DNA of 63,470 bases, the filler included, from Sluysia triapertura (Eukaryota), in assembly GCA_046118255.1 (NCBI GenBank). It is 5 parts of 5 records of this genome, joined end to end, with 100 filler letters (N's around TTAATTAATTAA, not from the genome) between each part and the next. Parts side by side here need not be neighbours in the genome. Positions count along the whole stretch, not along the records: positions 15,289 to 26,769 come from JBJNIA010184257.1; positions 26,870 to 39,197 come from JBJNIA010119084.1; 3 more parts are not named here. The stretch is one strand, 5' to 3'. The position numbers and the translations under genes were made by a program. Positions within the stretch are counted from its first letter, which is position 1, and each line of letters opens with the position of its first letter. Under the pieces are notes generated by a model. The model was given only the letters and a program-made list of their open reading frames with translations, was not told the origin of the DNA and did not search any database. This document shows, piece after piece, positions 23,130 to 37,956 of this stretch.

Positions 23130-26100
23130 TAAAGAAAATAATTGCCAAATATTAGTATTAATAACTATAAAATAATTAATATCTTAAATAATTAAATACT
23201 AATATAATTCTAATTCCTAAATGATTAAATTATTCAACAAAGTAATATAATCATTATTTTGCAGCCTCACCTTACTCACCCTAACCACCTATTTTCTACT
23301 AGTTGCCATGCTATTATCACCAGCTCAACCCTCTACATAAAATTGTAATATAATATGTTACTAGTAATGATTTTTCTTTTATTATTGAATTTGTATTCTA
23401 CGCTAAACATATAAAAGAAAATAAAAAATTCCATTCTTTTACAACAGAAAAAGGAAATCCTGTATTAAATAATATTGAGAGCAATTACTTAATTTATATT
23501 ATTATTAAGGATGAGTAGAAATTTTGTATTTTTCAAATTAATATTAGTTAAAATAAAATCATTTAAAAATTTAAAGCAAAAATTGTCATAGTTTTATATT
23601 GTTAAATGAAAGGGCGTTTTTCAACAAAACGTTCATTTTAAAATAAATTAATTTACAAAATAAAAAAGAAATAAAATTAAAATATTTTTTCTTTTCATTT
23701 AAAGAAAATGTTTTTTGTAAATTGTTTGATATATTCTTGTTTTAATAGATCAATTTATTATTCACCCCAAAGTATTTTTTTATAATTTTGAGCCAAATTT
23801 TTAAAATGGACGCATTAATTTGTATTAAGCTAATTGCTTATATTACACAAAGCAAGTTCGATTAATTTGAAATAAAGGAAATTTTAAAATTTATACTTAA
23901 TTGACCAGTGGATAATGTATGCATATTTAAATACAAACAGTTCATACAAAAAGAGATTATAAATAGGATTTAGGAGGGCCATTAGATTATTTTTTTAAAC
24001 GTTAATCTTTATGAAAATTGAGGAAGTTTTTCAAATTCTTATTAATATACGTAATTTATAAAATATAATGAATTAATTTTCACTATTAAATTATATTTAG
24101 ATACTTTTAACTATTATCAGGTATGAATATGAATTACTTTGAATGAAAATTATATCTATATAAAAACAACTTGTGAATCTTTTGTGTTTTATAGTAATAT
24201 ACGATCAAAAGACAGTGTTAAAAGGTACAATAAAAAGCATATCTGAATACAAAAAAAACAAAAGAATGTAAAAGAAACATAAATAATAATACTAAAATAA
24301 CGAGCTTTAAATAATCAATACTTTAGTTAAGAAACATTATATTACAAAAATAAATACAAAAAAGAATTTTTATACTGTGCGGAAATATAATTCCATAGGA
24401 TATTGGATGATTCTAATTAAATAAAAAATCGATAGTGTTAAAGGAAGCTGTATTTTTGTTTTCTTTATGTAGAATATAAGCTTATAGAAAAGATAATTAG
24501 CTGTTATTTCATTTTTCAATATAATGAATAATAATTGTAGTGAAAAAATATTTTAAAAAATCTAACAAAAAATAAATAAAAGTAGATTACAATAAATGAA
24601 CAATTGAATTAGAGATTCGTATTGTTCTTTTGTATTTTCTTTTGTGTTTATTCATTGACTTATACTAAAAATGTTTGCTAAATTTATATATAAAAAGATT
24701 TTAAAAATTATTATTTATTTATGATTCAATAAATATTGGCTTATTTGGTATTTTTATTTTTAATTATGTGATAATAAAAATAAAAATATAATTAATGTTA
24801 AATGAAACCTTTGAGATATCATTTTTCGAAATAACTTTGATAAAACTTAAAGATTAAACTATATATAATTTTAAAACATGTCTAAATGAAGGTTACAATA
24901 CGTGCTGGTATACTACAATCAATAAAATTTATGTTGGAGCATCCTTGTACTAATAATCATCGCTATTCACATTATTGAGTCACACATAGATTCTTTAATT
25001 CAATTCAATAAATTAAGTTATAATCTAAAATAATAAATCGTTTATAAGATAAAGTTATTACATTTTATGAAAATGTAAACATAAGCAAAAATAAACTATA
25101 ATTTGTTTATTAAATTAAACTTAATAAAATTTATTGATTTTTATAATAATAGTAATTTTTTAAAAATTAAAAAAATTGATTTTAATACCATTTTATCAAT
25201 TATGTAACTAAGAAAAATAAAATATAAAAACTAACTTAAATACAATGGATATGACGCGTATTATAGATATTCAATTTTTTCTTATCTCGTTCTAATCCAA
25301 AATTTGTACCAAAATTGAAATAACCGTGTATAATTTTTTAATATTAGTTGTGGTGTAAAGTGAGTTAACTTTGTCTTTCTAATTGTGTGAATGGTTATTT
25401 TGTATATATATTCAGCTTTATATATAAACTAATGTATGTGTGTTATTACATCACAATGCATAATTAATAAATATTGTAGGTTGTAAAGCCTAGAAAAATA
25501 TTTATTATAATTTTTAGCATAGTATAATATTGTTATTATTATTTTAAGTATTATTTTATTATTAATTCGAAATTATGATTAAGACAAGATCTTACGTAAT
25601 CGAATTTTTATGAATAATAAATATTGTTCTTATATCAGTTTACATTGAAAGCGTCTGTCAAAGTTAAAACAACTAAAAAGATTAATTAAACTACTAAGAT
25701 TAATTGTCATAAATAACTTTATATGCAAATAAAGTTAGGTTATTTAATGGTAAAGTGGTTTATAACCTGTCATAGACGCTTATAAAAAAGTAAAATTGAA
25801 AAATGTACGTTCCGTTACGTTAAATTTATATTTGATTTTATGTATAAATTTGCTATCAAATTATAAATTACGTATTTATTGCGCATCTACTATGTGCACT
25901 TATTGAATTAGCACACAATCTCTTATCATCATTAAAAATAAAATTACTATTAAAATTAATATTACATAAGACTAAGTTCAAGTAATTCGTATTTAAATGA
26001 TTATAGTGTTAAATTAAAGTAAGATTATCATAACAGTTGAAAAAAGTATAAATTAATGTTTTCTATTTATCAAGAAAGCAATCATTAATTTGTTAAAGCT

Positions 26101-26713
26101 ATTATTGGTATTTGATTAGAAATTTCTTATATATAAGTATTCAATTAGAAGTTAAGTAATATTTGGTAATTTGAATAAATTGTTCGAGAGCAATCGACAA
26201 GAAAAATGAATAATTTAATTACTTCGGCTACAATCCACGATTTAAAATGTGTATTAAGCATGTTTGTAATTATGAAAAGTGATTGTGGAACGTAATTTTG
26301 TTCTCAGCTTCTGAATTGCTTAGGCATTAATATCTTAAAAATTACGCCTAATATTCTAGTAACTTTAAAGTCTTTCAGAGGGTCTTTGTTATTCTCCATT
26401 TATTTTTATTTTTAATTATTCGTCAACAACAAATAACAAGTAATTAGTGAAAATTTGATACAATGCGTTGGTAAAACGAAAACAAATGAAAAAATAATCA
26501 ACGACAGAGACAATGTGTAAAAGAATTATGGTGGTTAAAAGCTTTACGTTTAATTCTTTGATTATTTAATCTGGCACAAAATTTTATTTACAAATGATTT
26601 TATAGTATATTTTACTGTTTGGCAAAGTTAAACGACTTTAAAATTTTTAGGTTGCTATTGCTGGGTTCTTTTTTAACCTAAAAGCTTCCCTGCAGCAAAA
26701 TAATTAATATTTA

Positions 26714-26758
26714 TGAGTCCGTTTACAGTATACGACTTATCTGTGGCGTACCTGTAAA
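26714..26758 (+). ncRNA. Structured motif copy; element end TATTGCTGGG at 26656
   Basis: TGAGTCC G TTTACAG TA TACG ACTTA TCTGT GG CGTA C CTGTAAA. Confidence 0.7.
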
Positions 26759-27041
26759 ATCACTTAAAGNNNNNNNNNNNNNNNNNNNNNNNNNNNNNNN
26801 NNNNNNNNNNNNNTTAATTAATTAANNNNNNNNNNNNNNNNNNNNNNNNNNNNNNNNNNNNNNNNNNNNCATTTATTATTATTTTGTATTACACAAATTT
26901 ATGTAATAAATTAAAACCATTTAATTTTTATGGTATAAAAACATTGAAAAAAAGGACTATTATCTCATAATATTTTTTACGTGATTTTCGGAACTCGAAA
27001 TTTTAGCTAGATCGTTACTATAAAAACATTAAATATCTCTG

Positions 27042-27194
27042 AAAAAGAAAATTGATTCGAAACATATTGGTGAAAATTTTAATGAACATTGATATCTGAA
27101 AAGAAAATTGATTCGAAACATATTGGTGAAAAATTTAATGAACATTGATTGATCAGGAACATATTGGTGAAAATTTAATGAACATTGATATCTG
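27042..27194. repeat. Tandem repeat, ~56-bp unit, two copies plus a partial third
   Basis: AAAGAAAATTGATTCGAAACATATTGGTGAAAA.TTTAATGAACATTGAT repeated. Confidence 0.9.
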
Positions 27195-28318
27195 TGAGTT
27201 TTCTTTTGTTATATTTCTTTGCCTTATTAACTTTATAAAATTTATTTGTTAATTGATTTGCATTAATAAATTTTTTGTTAATTAACTTATTTTTTCTATT
27301 GAGAGTGAAACGTTAAAAAAAAGGAAATAGCACTAAAAAAGTAAATAATATAATTAAGAAATAGTTTTAATTTTATACGACTTACTATTATATTATTAAG
27401 CACTTCTATCCTGGTTAACGAGGACGAGTATTCGCACTCATACCTCCAACAAATTCTAATAATAATAAATAAAATTTAAAGTGATTATAAATTTTATAGA
27501 GAAGACTTGAATTAATAACGAATAGTGCGAAATCTTAATATCAAAAACACTTGAGTTTAATATCAATTTAAGGATTAAGATTAAATAAAAAAGGAAGTAA
27601 GAAAAGTTTAAAACTAAGATTTTGTATAAGTATATTTAAATAAACTTATTTACATAATGAATGATGTCGACAACGATCAACAACTCATAATACAAATTTA
27701 GATATTTAATAGTTCCAATAATGTTAGTGTTACTTCTAATTTTCATGTTTTATCTCGTCCCTTAAGAGAAATTGTGTTTATTAGATTCCGAATTAGAAGA
27801 CGCATTGATAAACATAGAAACAAAACTCTCTGTAATTAAAGAAAAGTGCTTCGGGTTATTTGGCCAATTTTTGTGTGAAAAAAGTGTTAACTATCATTTC
27901 ACAGATTTCCATGATTTACTAATCGATTCCATGTGTCCAATTCATTCCAGATTATCAACTGAACATTTACGATAAAAATTCTAATTTGGAATATACTGAT
28001 ACCAAGTTCTCCGTGCTAGTTCGGCACTGTTAACGATGAACTTGGACGAGAATATTGCAAATCAATATGTTATTTGTTTATATTATTAATACGATTAACA
28101 AAAATTCGCTTAATCCCTGTACTATTTGTTATTTGTTAAATTGTGGGGCCTAAAGCCGGCCTTGAATTCAACTTCAGTAAAAAAATAAGTAAACTGAACC
28201 TAATTAAAACTGTCAAAAATATAAATATGAATAGATTAGCAATAGAAGATTTTGGTTATAGATATTACAATTAAATTGATAAAACAAATCACAAAGAAAT
28301 GAAGAGTAAAAAAGATAG

Positions 28319-28717
28319 CATGGTCCCAAAAGTAACCGAACCGAAAACTAGATATCAAAAACGACAAATGTAATTTCTTCTTTTGTGTCACTTTATGTGT
28401 TATCTTCGCTACTATTCATTTCCTTCTGCATAATCTTGTTGGTTTTGTTCTGACGTCATTGCTTGATTTTTATTCAGCGCGCGCTTCATTTAGATTTAAA
28501 CGAACGTATCTTAGTTATTAAGAATTGCTGTGCAAGGACTAGCTACAAGAATGTTTAAGAAAGATGGGAAGCAAACTTCAGAACACATGTACCGAGTAAG
28601 TCGACAGTATTCAATCTTGTATCCAAATGCTCCTAAAGAAAGTGATCCGAAAACAAGGATACAGGGATATCTAATTTATATTTAAGTTTGCGGTTCGGTT
28701 ACTTTTGGGACACCCTG
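28319..28717 (+). mobile_element. Non-autonomous Tc1/mariner element, same family as 9859-10526
   Basis: TIRs GTCCCAAAAGTAACCGAACCG / CGGTTCGGTTACTTTTGGGAC. Interior aligns with 9860-10125. Confidence 0.88.
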
Positions 28718-29269
28718 TAAGCTTTATATAGTAACCCTGGTAGAAATCAACATTTTTTAATTCTGAATGGAAAGACTAATATTCAATACTAAAAGTTAAA
28801 ATTTAATACTTAATCTCGAAAGAAATTAACATTTTAATTTGATTCTACAAAAGTCGATATTCTAATGAAAGGTTCACTAGCATAAATCCATCGAGACGTT
28901 CGGCGCAGTTGATTTTACTTGACAATATTTGATGACAAGTTAGTTTATTATTTTTGTGACATTTAAAAAATAGTTTCACTCATGTATGGGTCACTTTTTA
29001 TTGTTTACCAGAGACTGTAATTATTTTGTAAAATTTTGATGATAAAACTTCATAAAATATCTTAGAGTCATGATAATTTTTGCAGAGGAAATGAAAAATA
29101 AGAGTCAAAAATATAAATTTTAAAATTTTAACCAGCACTTCCATCTTTAACAACTCAACCTCCAAGACAAATTTATACTAAATCATTAAAGAGATGTAAG
29201 AGAAAAGGTTTTCCAATTGACAAAAAATTCATGAGCATACCAAATAAACAAAATAAACAAAAAATAGAC

Positions 29270-29575
29270 AATTACTTCTGTTGGATATTTCACAATTTCT
29301 ATGACACAATCAGAGTCTCCTTACAAAGGAGTCTCCTCCAATACTTGAAAGGACGACTCGTCACTAAAATATACTTGACTCCGGTCATCCTCAGTTAAAT
29401 GTTGGTATTGATTGGCCCATGCCGACCTATCACTGATCATCCATGGTGTCAACTTAGGCTTTATTCTGGGTCGTCTTTCGCACGCAAACCATTGTCTCCA
29501 GTCTCCTCACTGTTCTGGCACGTCTCTAACAAAATTAAGAAAACCAAAAAACATTTTTTCTGTTTCAGTCTAATT
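29270..29575 (-). mobile_element. Tc1 transposase relic (first catalytic D region)
   Basis: RPRIKPKLTPWMISDRSAWANQYQHLTEDDRSQVYFSDESSFQV. Shares a ~40-bp block with 46105-46150. Confidence 0.8.
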
Positions 29576-29856
29576 TGGCCATTAATTAAATATCCAAAGG
29601 GATATTCTAGTTGATCTACAATTGGTTCAAAATCAATCCAAGTTCGGTAATATCGCGCACTAAACGGATGTCTAATTTTCGATAATATATCGATCTGTTG
29701 TAAAAATTGATTACTACTTGTACTAGAAATAGCAATCGTAAAATTCCGTGTGTTTTGTGAATTTTTAAGATTTAAAATATGAAATGTCTTTCAGTAAATG
29801 CTAAATTTTTCTCATTAAAATAATTAATTATAACAAATAGTTTTTGAACAAGGTTT

Positions 29857-29859
<3 letters not shown>

Positions 29860-29913
<54 letters not shown>
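29860..29913. repeat. (AAT)n microsatellite
   Basis: Direct reading. Confidence 0.95.
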
Positions 29914-29914
<1 letters not shown>

Positions 29915-29997
29915 TAAAATTATGAAAAATTAATAAAGTTTAGTAACAAAAACGAAATTTAATATTATTTAGTAATAAAATTAATAACAAAATTTAA

Positions 29998-30030
<33 letters not shown>

Positions 30031-30382
30031 TTAATAATATTAATAATAATAATAATAATAATTAATAAGATTTAATTTTAACAAATAATTTATATTTAAG
30101 ATTTTTATTATATGAAAAGTTATTGGAAATGTAGAAGTGTAAAGGCTGTGAATGATTGAATGAGGATGAGTAGTTGTGTAAACATTTAACACGTTGAATG
30201 CCATGGGCTTCACCGGTGACGGGCGAAGCAAGATTATTAGAAACATAATTCGAGTAAATTTTTAATGCTTTTAATTTTTTTTATATTATTATCATTACTA
30301 AAATTCATACAGAGAAATTCATTTTGGTCATGATGAATCAGATCACGACAAAATTAATTAATTAATTAATTATTATACTTCT

Positions 30383-33300
30383 TCAATAATTAAATATAGG
30401 AATAACCGGATCAGCAGAACAGTCACCACCTTCCCCAGTATGGTGTAAAGAACTTATTCCAGCACCACTTCCATCCTCTAAGTCATCCTCTTCATCATCT
30501 TCTTCACCGTCACCGTCGTCGTCCTCATCACCACCATCGCCTTGATCAGACAATTTTGGTCTTTTAGTTTCTCCAGCAACAAAATGACCAGCTCTAAATA
30601 ACTCCATTTCCTGAGAAAATATTTATTCTTAACTGCTTGTATCATTTAAGAGAAATTAGAAAAAATAAACTAATACTTGCAACGGTTTGTTTAATTTATT
30701 TTGCCATTTTTTAAAATTAGTAGTTCTTAAATAATATGCGCTTGTACATCACTGTCACAAGTAGTCGTTGATTCAAATTATAATCTCAATTTAGTAATTT
30801 TAGAATTGCCAGCATTTACTATCATTTAAATACTCGTTTTTTATTTGTCACAAGGGAGACTGCAAATTGTCGCTGGTAAATCAAGGAATGACTCACAAAA
30901 TATTTATTGATAAAATTATATTTACTCAAACCTTTCGGTACGGGTATACTTCGAATATCTCACTCGCAGGACGCAAAAAAAACCGTTGTAAAATTTTTCA
31001 CATCTCGCCAAGTAAAACTGCCCATCACCATTTCTTCATCATTGTCACTGGTAGTCTCACTATGATATCGCTATTCTCTCTATTTAATTCAATATTCTGA
31101 ATCATCAAAGCGCGGACTGACTTCGAAAAATATAAAGATTCGAATGAATGAATGTATCATAGTTTAAGATACAAACTAGATGCGATACAAACAAATCTAA
31201 AATAACCTATCGTATTTTAGGTTATTCGGTTAGTAAAACAAGTAAATTCATCAGAACGCTTATTGACGGTACCCGGCTGTTGCGGAAGTTATGCAAAATC
31301 TATTCCGATGTTACATTACAGATACATAACTTAATATCACTCGATTGTTGCAACACTTACCTTGGATTAAATTTTGAAATTGTCAATCAGTTTAGTGTTC
31401 GAACTCCACACGCTTATATATACCTTTGGCTCTATAAATTGTCAATATCAAAATTCCGCAAGTTTGTATTTAAAAATCAATCGATGAGAAGATACTCCAC
31501 ATAATTTGTAACATCTTGATCTTACACCAGGGCTGGCCAAGCTCCTTGATAGTCCGATCCATTTTTCTAATTTTGAAATATTTCGCAGCCGCAATTAAAT
31601 ACATATTAAAAAGGAACGTAAAAAAGTACGCTACATTTTTTCTGTGATTCATATCATTCTTAACTTGGACGGAAATTTTGTAATCACTATTGTTGGCAGT
31701 AATTTAAAAGACATTTTGCAATACACACGAAATGATAATAATTTTTTAAATTATAATTTAAAGGGAACTCGGGTACATTTATCGAGAGCCACAAATAATC
31801 CTTCAAAGAGCCGCAGTTTGGCCAACCCTGTCTTACACCATGGTTTCATAGTCAATTTTTTCTATGCAATAGTAAATTTTATATGCAAAGCATTTAGTCC
31901 ATGCAATGGTCAATTTCATCACATAGTTTTAGTCAGCTAGTATTTGTCTGTGCTTGTTAGCATTCATTTTAGCTTTTCCAAATTTTATTACCGTTTTCGT
32001 TTTATCCGAGAATGGTTTTTCTGCGCTACTTCCACTAAATTTTTAATTTCTTTTTTCTGCTTGTTGTTAAAGGTATATTTCTAAGTATTTTTTGATATTT
32101 ATGAAGATATTGTGAAGCTCTCTGAAAATTCTTTAACTTACTTTATCTATTTCATAAGTTTGTAAGGTATTTTAAAGTGTAATACATCTTATAATTTTAT
32201 AATTTCAAATTTACTTTACATAATTTTCTTGCGCAAAATGATCTATATTAAATATGATAAAAAAGGAAGTCTTTGGTTTGTTTTAATATAAAGATTCATC
32301 TATAAATTCATCATTATTATGTGGAAAATTCCGTATCGCTACATTTACAATAAATCAATTAAAGTTTTATAAAACTGTATTAGTGAGTATTTTTATTGTG
32401 CACCTTTTATTAAGTAAAGATTATTTACTAAAATTTATATGAAAATATTTTTAAGCTCCATAAGAGTTTGAAATAATTATCAACCGAAATTCGAAAGTGA
32501 TTTCTATTATAATTAAACTACTAAGTGATAACTTATGCAACGATCTAATAAGTAGTAGAGTTCTTAAGTTTAATGAACTTATATTATGAAACTTATAAAA
32601 CTTAGATTAAATGCACTTAACAAAGAAATGATTGAAAATAGATTGTCATACGATGTACATTTATGTGTTAAGGAAATTCTGTGTCATGAAACTATAACAT
32701 TTTATTTTAATTCATACCAAGAATATTCCCATCAGTATATTATAAGAACAAAGAACATTATATTTTACTTCATAATTCGTGATGATATTAAATGATACTA
32801 TTTCCAATTTAATAAAAATCACTCGTTTTAACTTCATTTCCATCTTAATGTACTTTTCTAATGCATCGAACATCATACAAAATTTGTATTACAAATCCAT
32901 CCGATCAAAGAATGAACGCTCATTAGAATGAAATCTCTCGTGTAGTGCATAATATTAATGATACTGAATTAAATTACAATTTTCTTAATACAGATGGAAT
33001 TATCACGATAATGCATAGAAAGAAATCAATTAGCTAAATAATGAATGGGAAATAATAGGAAAAATTTAATTTAGATACGGAAAAATGCAACTTTAGTGAT
33101 GCACACTCACAATACACATCATAGAATAGATTCAGCTATAAATAAAACGACATTATAATTGGATATTATTCAAATTTTAGAATAATCATCATTTTGATAA
33201 TCTAAATTTGTTAACAACATTAATAATGCAAAGACTATTATCACGTATAAAATAAATAATTTCAAAATATTAAACTTTACAAATAAATTAAATTCGAAAA

Positions 33301-36300
33301 TGAAACTTGTTTAAATTTTATAATAATTTCAAGTGACAATTCCAAAACACACACATTCGATAATTCCAGGAAAAGCTTAAAAATGGAAACATGGAAAAGA
33401 CATGCTTCAAAAACACAATTAAACTTAGGTGAAAATAAAAAATACGAAAATGTATTATTATTGGGTTGGTGTATAAATTCGTGCAGTTTTATTTGTTGCA
33501 AAGAAAACACACAAACTTCTTGTTTTAACTGATTTGAGTTATATTCATTCAGCTAATTATCTATTTAAATCATTTTAGACTGACTTTCACTTTCATTAAA
33601 GCTGAATGTCAGATAGATAAAAATGACAAAATAAAAAAAAACATCTACTCCTTTTCTATTTTAATCAACATTTAAATGTTGCATAAGCCAGATAATTTTA
33701 CAGCATGACAATGCTCGGCCTCCTGTCGCCACAATGACAAAGTTGGCTATTTAAGAGCTTGGTTTGGAAGTTCGCTTGACTTAGCCCCAAGAGATTTTCA
33801 TCTTTTCCGCTCCATATCGAACCATCTTTCTTGTCTCATATTTGAAAACGCGCATTGAAGAATTTTTCGACCAAAAATCACCAAGCTTCTTCAAACGTGG
33901 GATTGACAAACTTCCAGAACGGTGGAAGTAAGTGATCGATTGTGGTAGCGACTAAGATATTCATTTTTGCTAGTTATTTAACAAACTCACTTTGTTATCT
34001 GAAATTTTTTGCCTGGTTTTTATTCTTGTTCAGTAGGAATTTTTCATAATTGTAAAAAACCGCACCAACCCAATAGTAATGTACACTAATATGCACAAAA
34101 TGGTTATTTATTTTTATAGCATTTCTTCACTATCAAAAATTTATGAGGAAATGCGTATTTTTCCAGGGTAAGTTAAAGAAGTTTTGTAGTATGATACATG
34201 AAAATATAGTCACAAATTTTGTCAATATAAATATACTTATATAATATTAAAAATATAGAAAAAAACTAAAATTAATAAATTTAATACAATTATTAGTCCA
34301 AACCTTTTCATATCGTTCTTTATCTAACACGGCCATTTTTTCATATTTATCTCTATCTGAACATGCTTCCCATAACCTCCCAAGTTCTCTGGCCACTTCT
34401 GCTACGCGCCATTCTGGATGATCTTTACGAACTTTGGGCCGCTGTTCATCACAAAAATAAAAAAACGCTGACCAAGCACGCTTCGGTTGACCAGGTGCTT
34501 TCTTTTGTCTCTTACGACTTTTACGACGGCGTCCACCACTTAGTTTCTTCTCGCTGTCTTCGGCAGCTAGTTCTTCGAAACGTTTCCGTTCTTCGGGCTT
34601 CATAGACTAAATCAAGCAAAAAAAACGAAGCAATAGATTTATTTTAACATAAATGTAACATAACTGGAAATGTTATTTTCATGATTTAATGTTTTCATGT
34701 TATTTCTATTTTCACATACTCATGTATTTCACATGTATTTCTGAAAATTTTAAAAACTAAATATTTATTACTGCTGTTAGCAGTGTGATCCAATAAATTG
34801 AACAATAACATAATGGAATCTTCTTGTTTAAGAGTGCCTTTTTCGATGTAACAAATGTGAGATTGCTTTTTTGAACATACAAGCAAATTCAGTAATGTCA
34901 CTATAAAGTATTAGAATGCCGGATACTTGGATTATTAATGAAAATTGTTATTTTTTGTGAAAAGGCAATATTCTACAATCGATTATTCGTGTAGCGGACT
35001 AAATCAAGTTAAATACAAAATTTTTGTTTTCCATGATTTTTGTAAGTTGTTTCTATTAAGGTAATTTTGACTCGAAAAGTTACTGAGGTACAATCATGTT
35101 TAAAATATTTATTTATTGAAAAATTAAATTCTTAGGAAGGTTTTAATTAAAAAAGTTTCTTTTGTTATTATTACTTTTGTTCTACTTTCTTTTGATTTAT
35201 TAGAATTTATATTATCAAAAGAAGTTTTAATAAATTTTGTAATAATTTTTTTGCATCTTGGTTGGTTATTTAAGGACTAGTACAATTTATTGCGTTAATG
35301 TTCATTCATACGTCATAAATAGAAATATTAAGGTGATTTTATATTGATTATTGTCAATATTATTAAGAAATGAGTTAAGAAAACTACACTACTTTAAAAG
35401 TTTAGTCGATTAATAATTACAATTTATAATCTTACCTGTTCGTGTTTTCAGTAAAGGATTGTATAAGAACTTAAGAAAAATATAACTTACTGGTCACGAA
35501 ATGATTGTGATCTTTGAAAACTCAATAAGTAAAAATTACTGACTTTATTAATGTCTTAATGTTGCATAAGGTAATTACAGGAACCGTAAAATACTGCTTT
35601 AGATATTAAATTTTAAATACTTAGCAAACAGATATAGTACCACCTTTTGGATTCTGAAGCTTGGCACAAATATGAAGTTGAATTTCGATAAATAAAGTTT
35701 TATCTTTAATTTTTATTACAAAGAAACATACACAACATTGATTCTTACTAACACTTAACTTATAAGACTGATCCCAGACTACTCAAGAGATATTTTCAAA
35801 TTCAAGAGTTTTTACAGTGCATGAAATACTTAAGAAAAGTAATTAAGACACTCGAAACTGTAAATTAAATTCTTTGATCTGAGATTAACTAAATATTGTT
35901 CAGTGTTTTAAGTCATTTCATCAATTACAATTAATAATTAATCAAGCAGCAAGACTAATTCTCCAAGTTGGAAGATCACTCAAATAACACCTTATCTTAA
36001 GGAACTACATTGGTTGCCAATAAAAGCAAGAATAGAATTCAAAATTTACAAATGCTTACATTACGGAAGTCCTGAATATCTTTTAGAATATGAAAATTGT
36101 AAACCAAGATGAATATTTCATTTAGACATAATAATCTATACAGTATCCACAGTGATAAGAGCTAGGTTATAGGTTGTATACCGTTTACGTCTCAAAAATG
36201 TACAACCAGTTACCAGAGAATGTCAAATTATTGGAAGATGAAATATTTAAAAAGGCAAAGTTCTTTCTGTTTCAGAAATATTAAAATGAATGATTTATTT

Positions 36301-37956
36301 TAAGCGCTTTTGAGTACTTACTTTGTAGTAGATATGAGCGAAATATAAATTAATATATTATTATCCATATTTAATATAAAGCATATTTTTATTTCTAAAT
36401 TGCAGAAACTGAAACCTCCTTGACGATTAAATAAGATTTTCTTGCTTTTCAACTATTATAAATATATAACAAAATTCTTGAATTTTTAATTTATTTCAAT
36501 TTCATTTATTGAATTTTTTAGTACTTTAAAATAAACATCATTAATAACCTTAATCAGTCCAACCAGCACTAATGTCAAGCCTAAATCAGCGTTCAACTCC
36601 AACTGGATGTGCACTATCAGAATGGTGCAATTTTATTTATAATTTTTATTCTTAAGAATAAAAACAAATTTTATAAAACTTACGCTGCTCCAAAATTAAC
36701 AGTTTTTTTGAAGTTTGACAAAAATAATTCAATAATACTTTTGGAATAAAAATTAATCTTATCAGAATTAACTCTACTTAAACCTATGTTGGTTTGTGGT
36801 ACTTAAAACTCAAATGCAGAATTCCATTGAAGAGAAACGATAAATCCACGTTGTACATATACAATTCTGAACGTTTTTATAATATTAAAATTTGATGTAG
36901 TTTTGAAAAAAATGCATTAATTATTATTTAAGACTTCATTTTAAAGTTTAATTAAATTAACTGTTATCGATGCAAAGACACTAAGCAACCTTCAAAGAAC
37001 ACTCTTTCTTTGCTTAAGATGTTACAGAATAATTCAAAATTGAACATAGATAAATTTTCACTTCATTACAGAGGTAATAAATAAATTTAATAAGGTGAAG
37101 GCTTAACTGAAGCTTTTTTCGCATTGTTTCAATTATTCGTCACAATGAAACTAAAATCAGAGAAATGTGCTTCAATGTTGTAAATGAATTAAACCAGAAA
37201 GTATGTGATTTGATTATCTAATTTTAAATCTTTTGAACCGCGTAAGAACGTAAACGTTTAAAAAAAGTACAGGGATAGGTTATTATCATATTTTTAGTTT
37301 ATTTTATACCATAAATACGTCGATGGATCTAAATACAGTCAAAAATTTAAAATTAATACCTTCGTATATCTGAACAGTAAATAATCAAAAATTGTAGTAC
37401 AATAACAAATCTACCAAAATTCGATAAAATTTATGTAAATGGAACGTCAAGCACAAATCAAAATAACTTACTGAATTCAATAACTCGTACCATCTGTCTA
37501 AAATTTATATACAAAATATAATTATTATAAATTAATGTAATTAAAATAAAGATCAAATTGATCACAATATATGTTGTGAATCATCAACTAAATAAAAAAT
37601 ATTAAAAATAAATTGTCAAAGACAGTTACTTTAAACGCTATTTTTTGAAATTATTCATCAATTTTCAAATGATTGATAAATTTACAAGTTACACATAAAA
37701 ATACTACTTCTATACAGTATTTAAAAAATTACATACTGAAAAAACTAACTTTCCACTTCTCAGCACATTTAGCACTAAATTCGGCGAAATCAAAATGCTC
37801 ATCTGGATGCTTCTTTCGATGTTCATCTCGAATTAATTTGACAAAATAAGTATAAGCAGCCATTGTCGATTTATGATTCTGATTAATTTCGTGATTGTTT
37901 CGTTGATTATCTATGTCTGCGGCTGTTGAGGCACTATTAGAACAAGCGTTAGCCAT
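30383..37956 (-). CDS. HMGB: HMGB/DSP1-type protein, two HMG boxes plus acidic tail, ~245 aa. Exons 37956-37750, 34606-34304, 30610-30383
   Basis: MAAYTYFVKLIRDEHRKKHPDEHFDFAEFSAKCAEKWK|SMKPEERKRFEELA, then PKRAWSAFFYFCDEQRPKVR...VARELGRLWE...DKERYEK|EMELFR, then a D/E tail. Both introns are GT..AG, phase 0. The last exon end is less certain. Confidence 0.92.
31528..31830. mobile_element. hAT-superfamily MITE, 303 bp
   Basis: TIRs CAGGGCTGGCCAA / TTGGCCAACCCTG. Perfect 8-bp TSD TCTTACAC at 31520-31527 and 31831-31838. Confidence 0.93.
33461..34073 (+). mobile_element. mariner deletion derivative in an HMGB intron
   Basis: TA-flanked TIRs TTGGGTTGGTG / CACCAACCCAA. Peptides LQHDNARPP, DLAPRDFHLFRS, FFKRGIDKLPERWK. 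Confidence 0.92.
35925..36365 (+). mobile_element. 5'-truncated L2/CR1-group LINE 3' end in an HMGB intron
   Basis: QLIINQAARLILQVG...ITPYLKELHWLPIKARIEFK. Matches the other copies. Confidence 0.88.

Noticed and set aside
26714-26758. Assignment of the motif to twister, twister-sister, HDV-like or spliced-leader RNA
   Set aside because: Only an AAGY loop resemblance on the opposite strand. Required core residues, P2/P4 topology or an Sm site were not found.
27042-27194. Repeats that might look like a CRISPR array
   Set aside because: Contiguous tandem units with no unique spacers, eukaryotic context, no cas genes.
27650-28060. Possible gag-like remnant
   Set aside because: Coding-like but with no diagnostic motif I can support.
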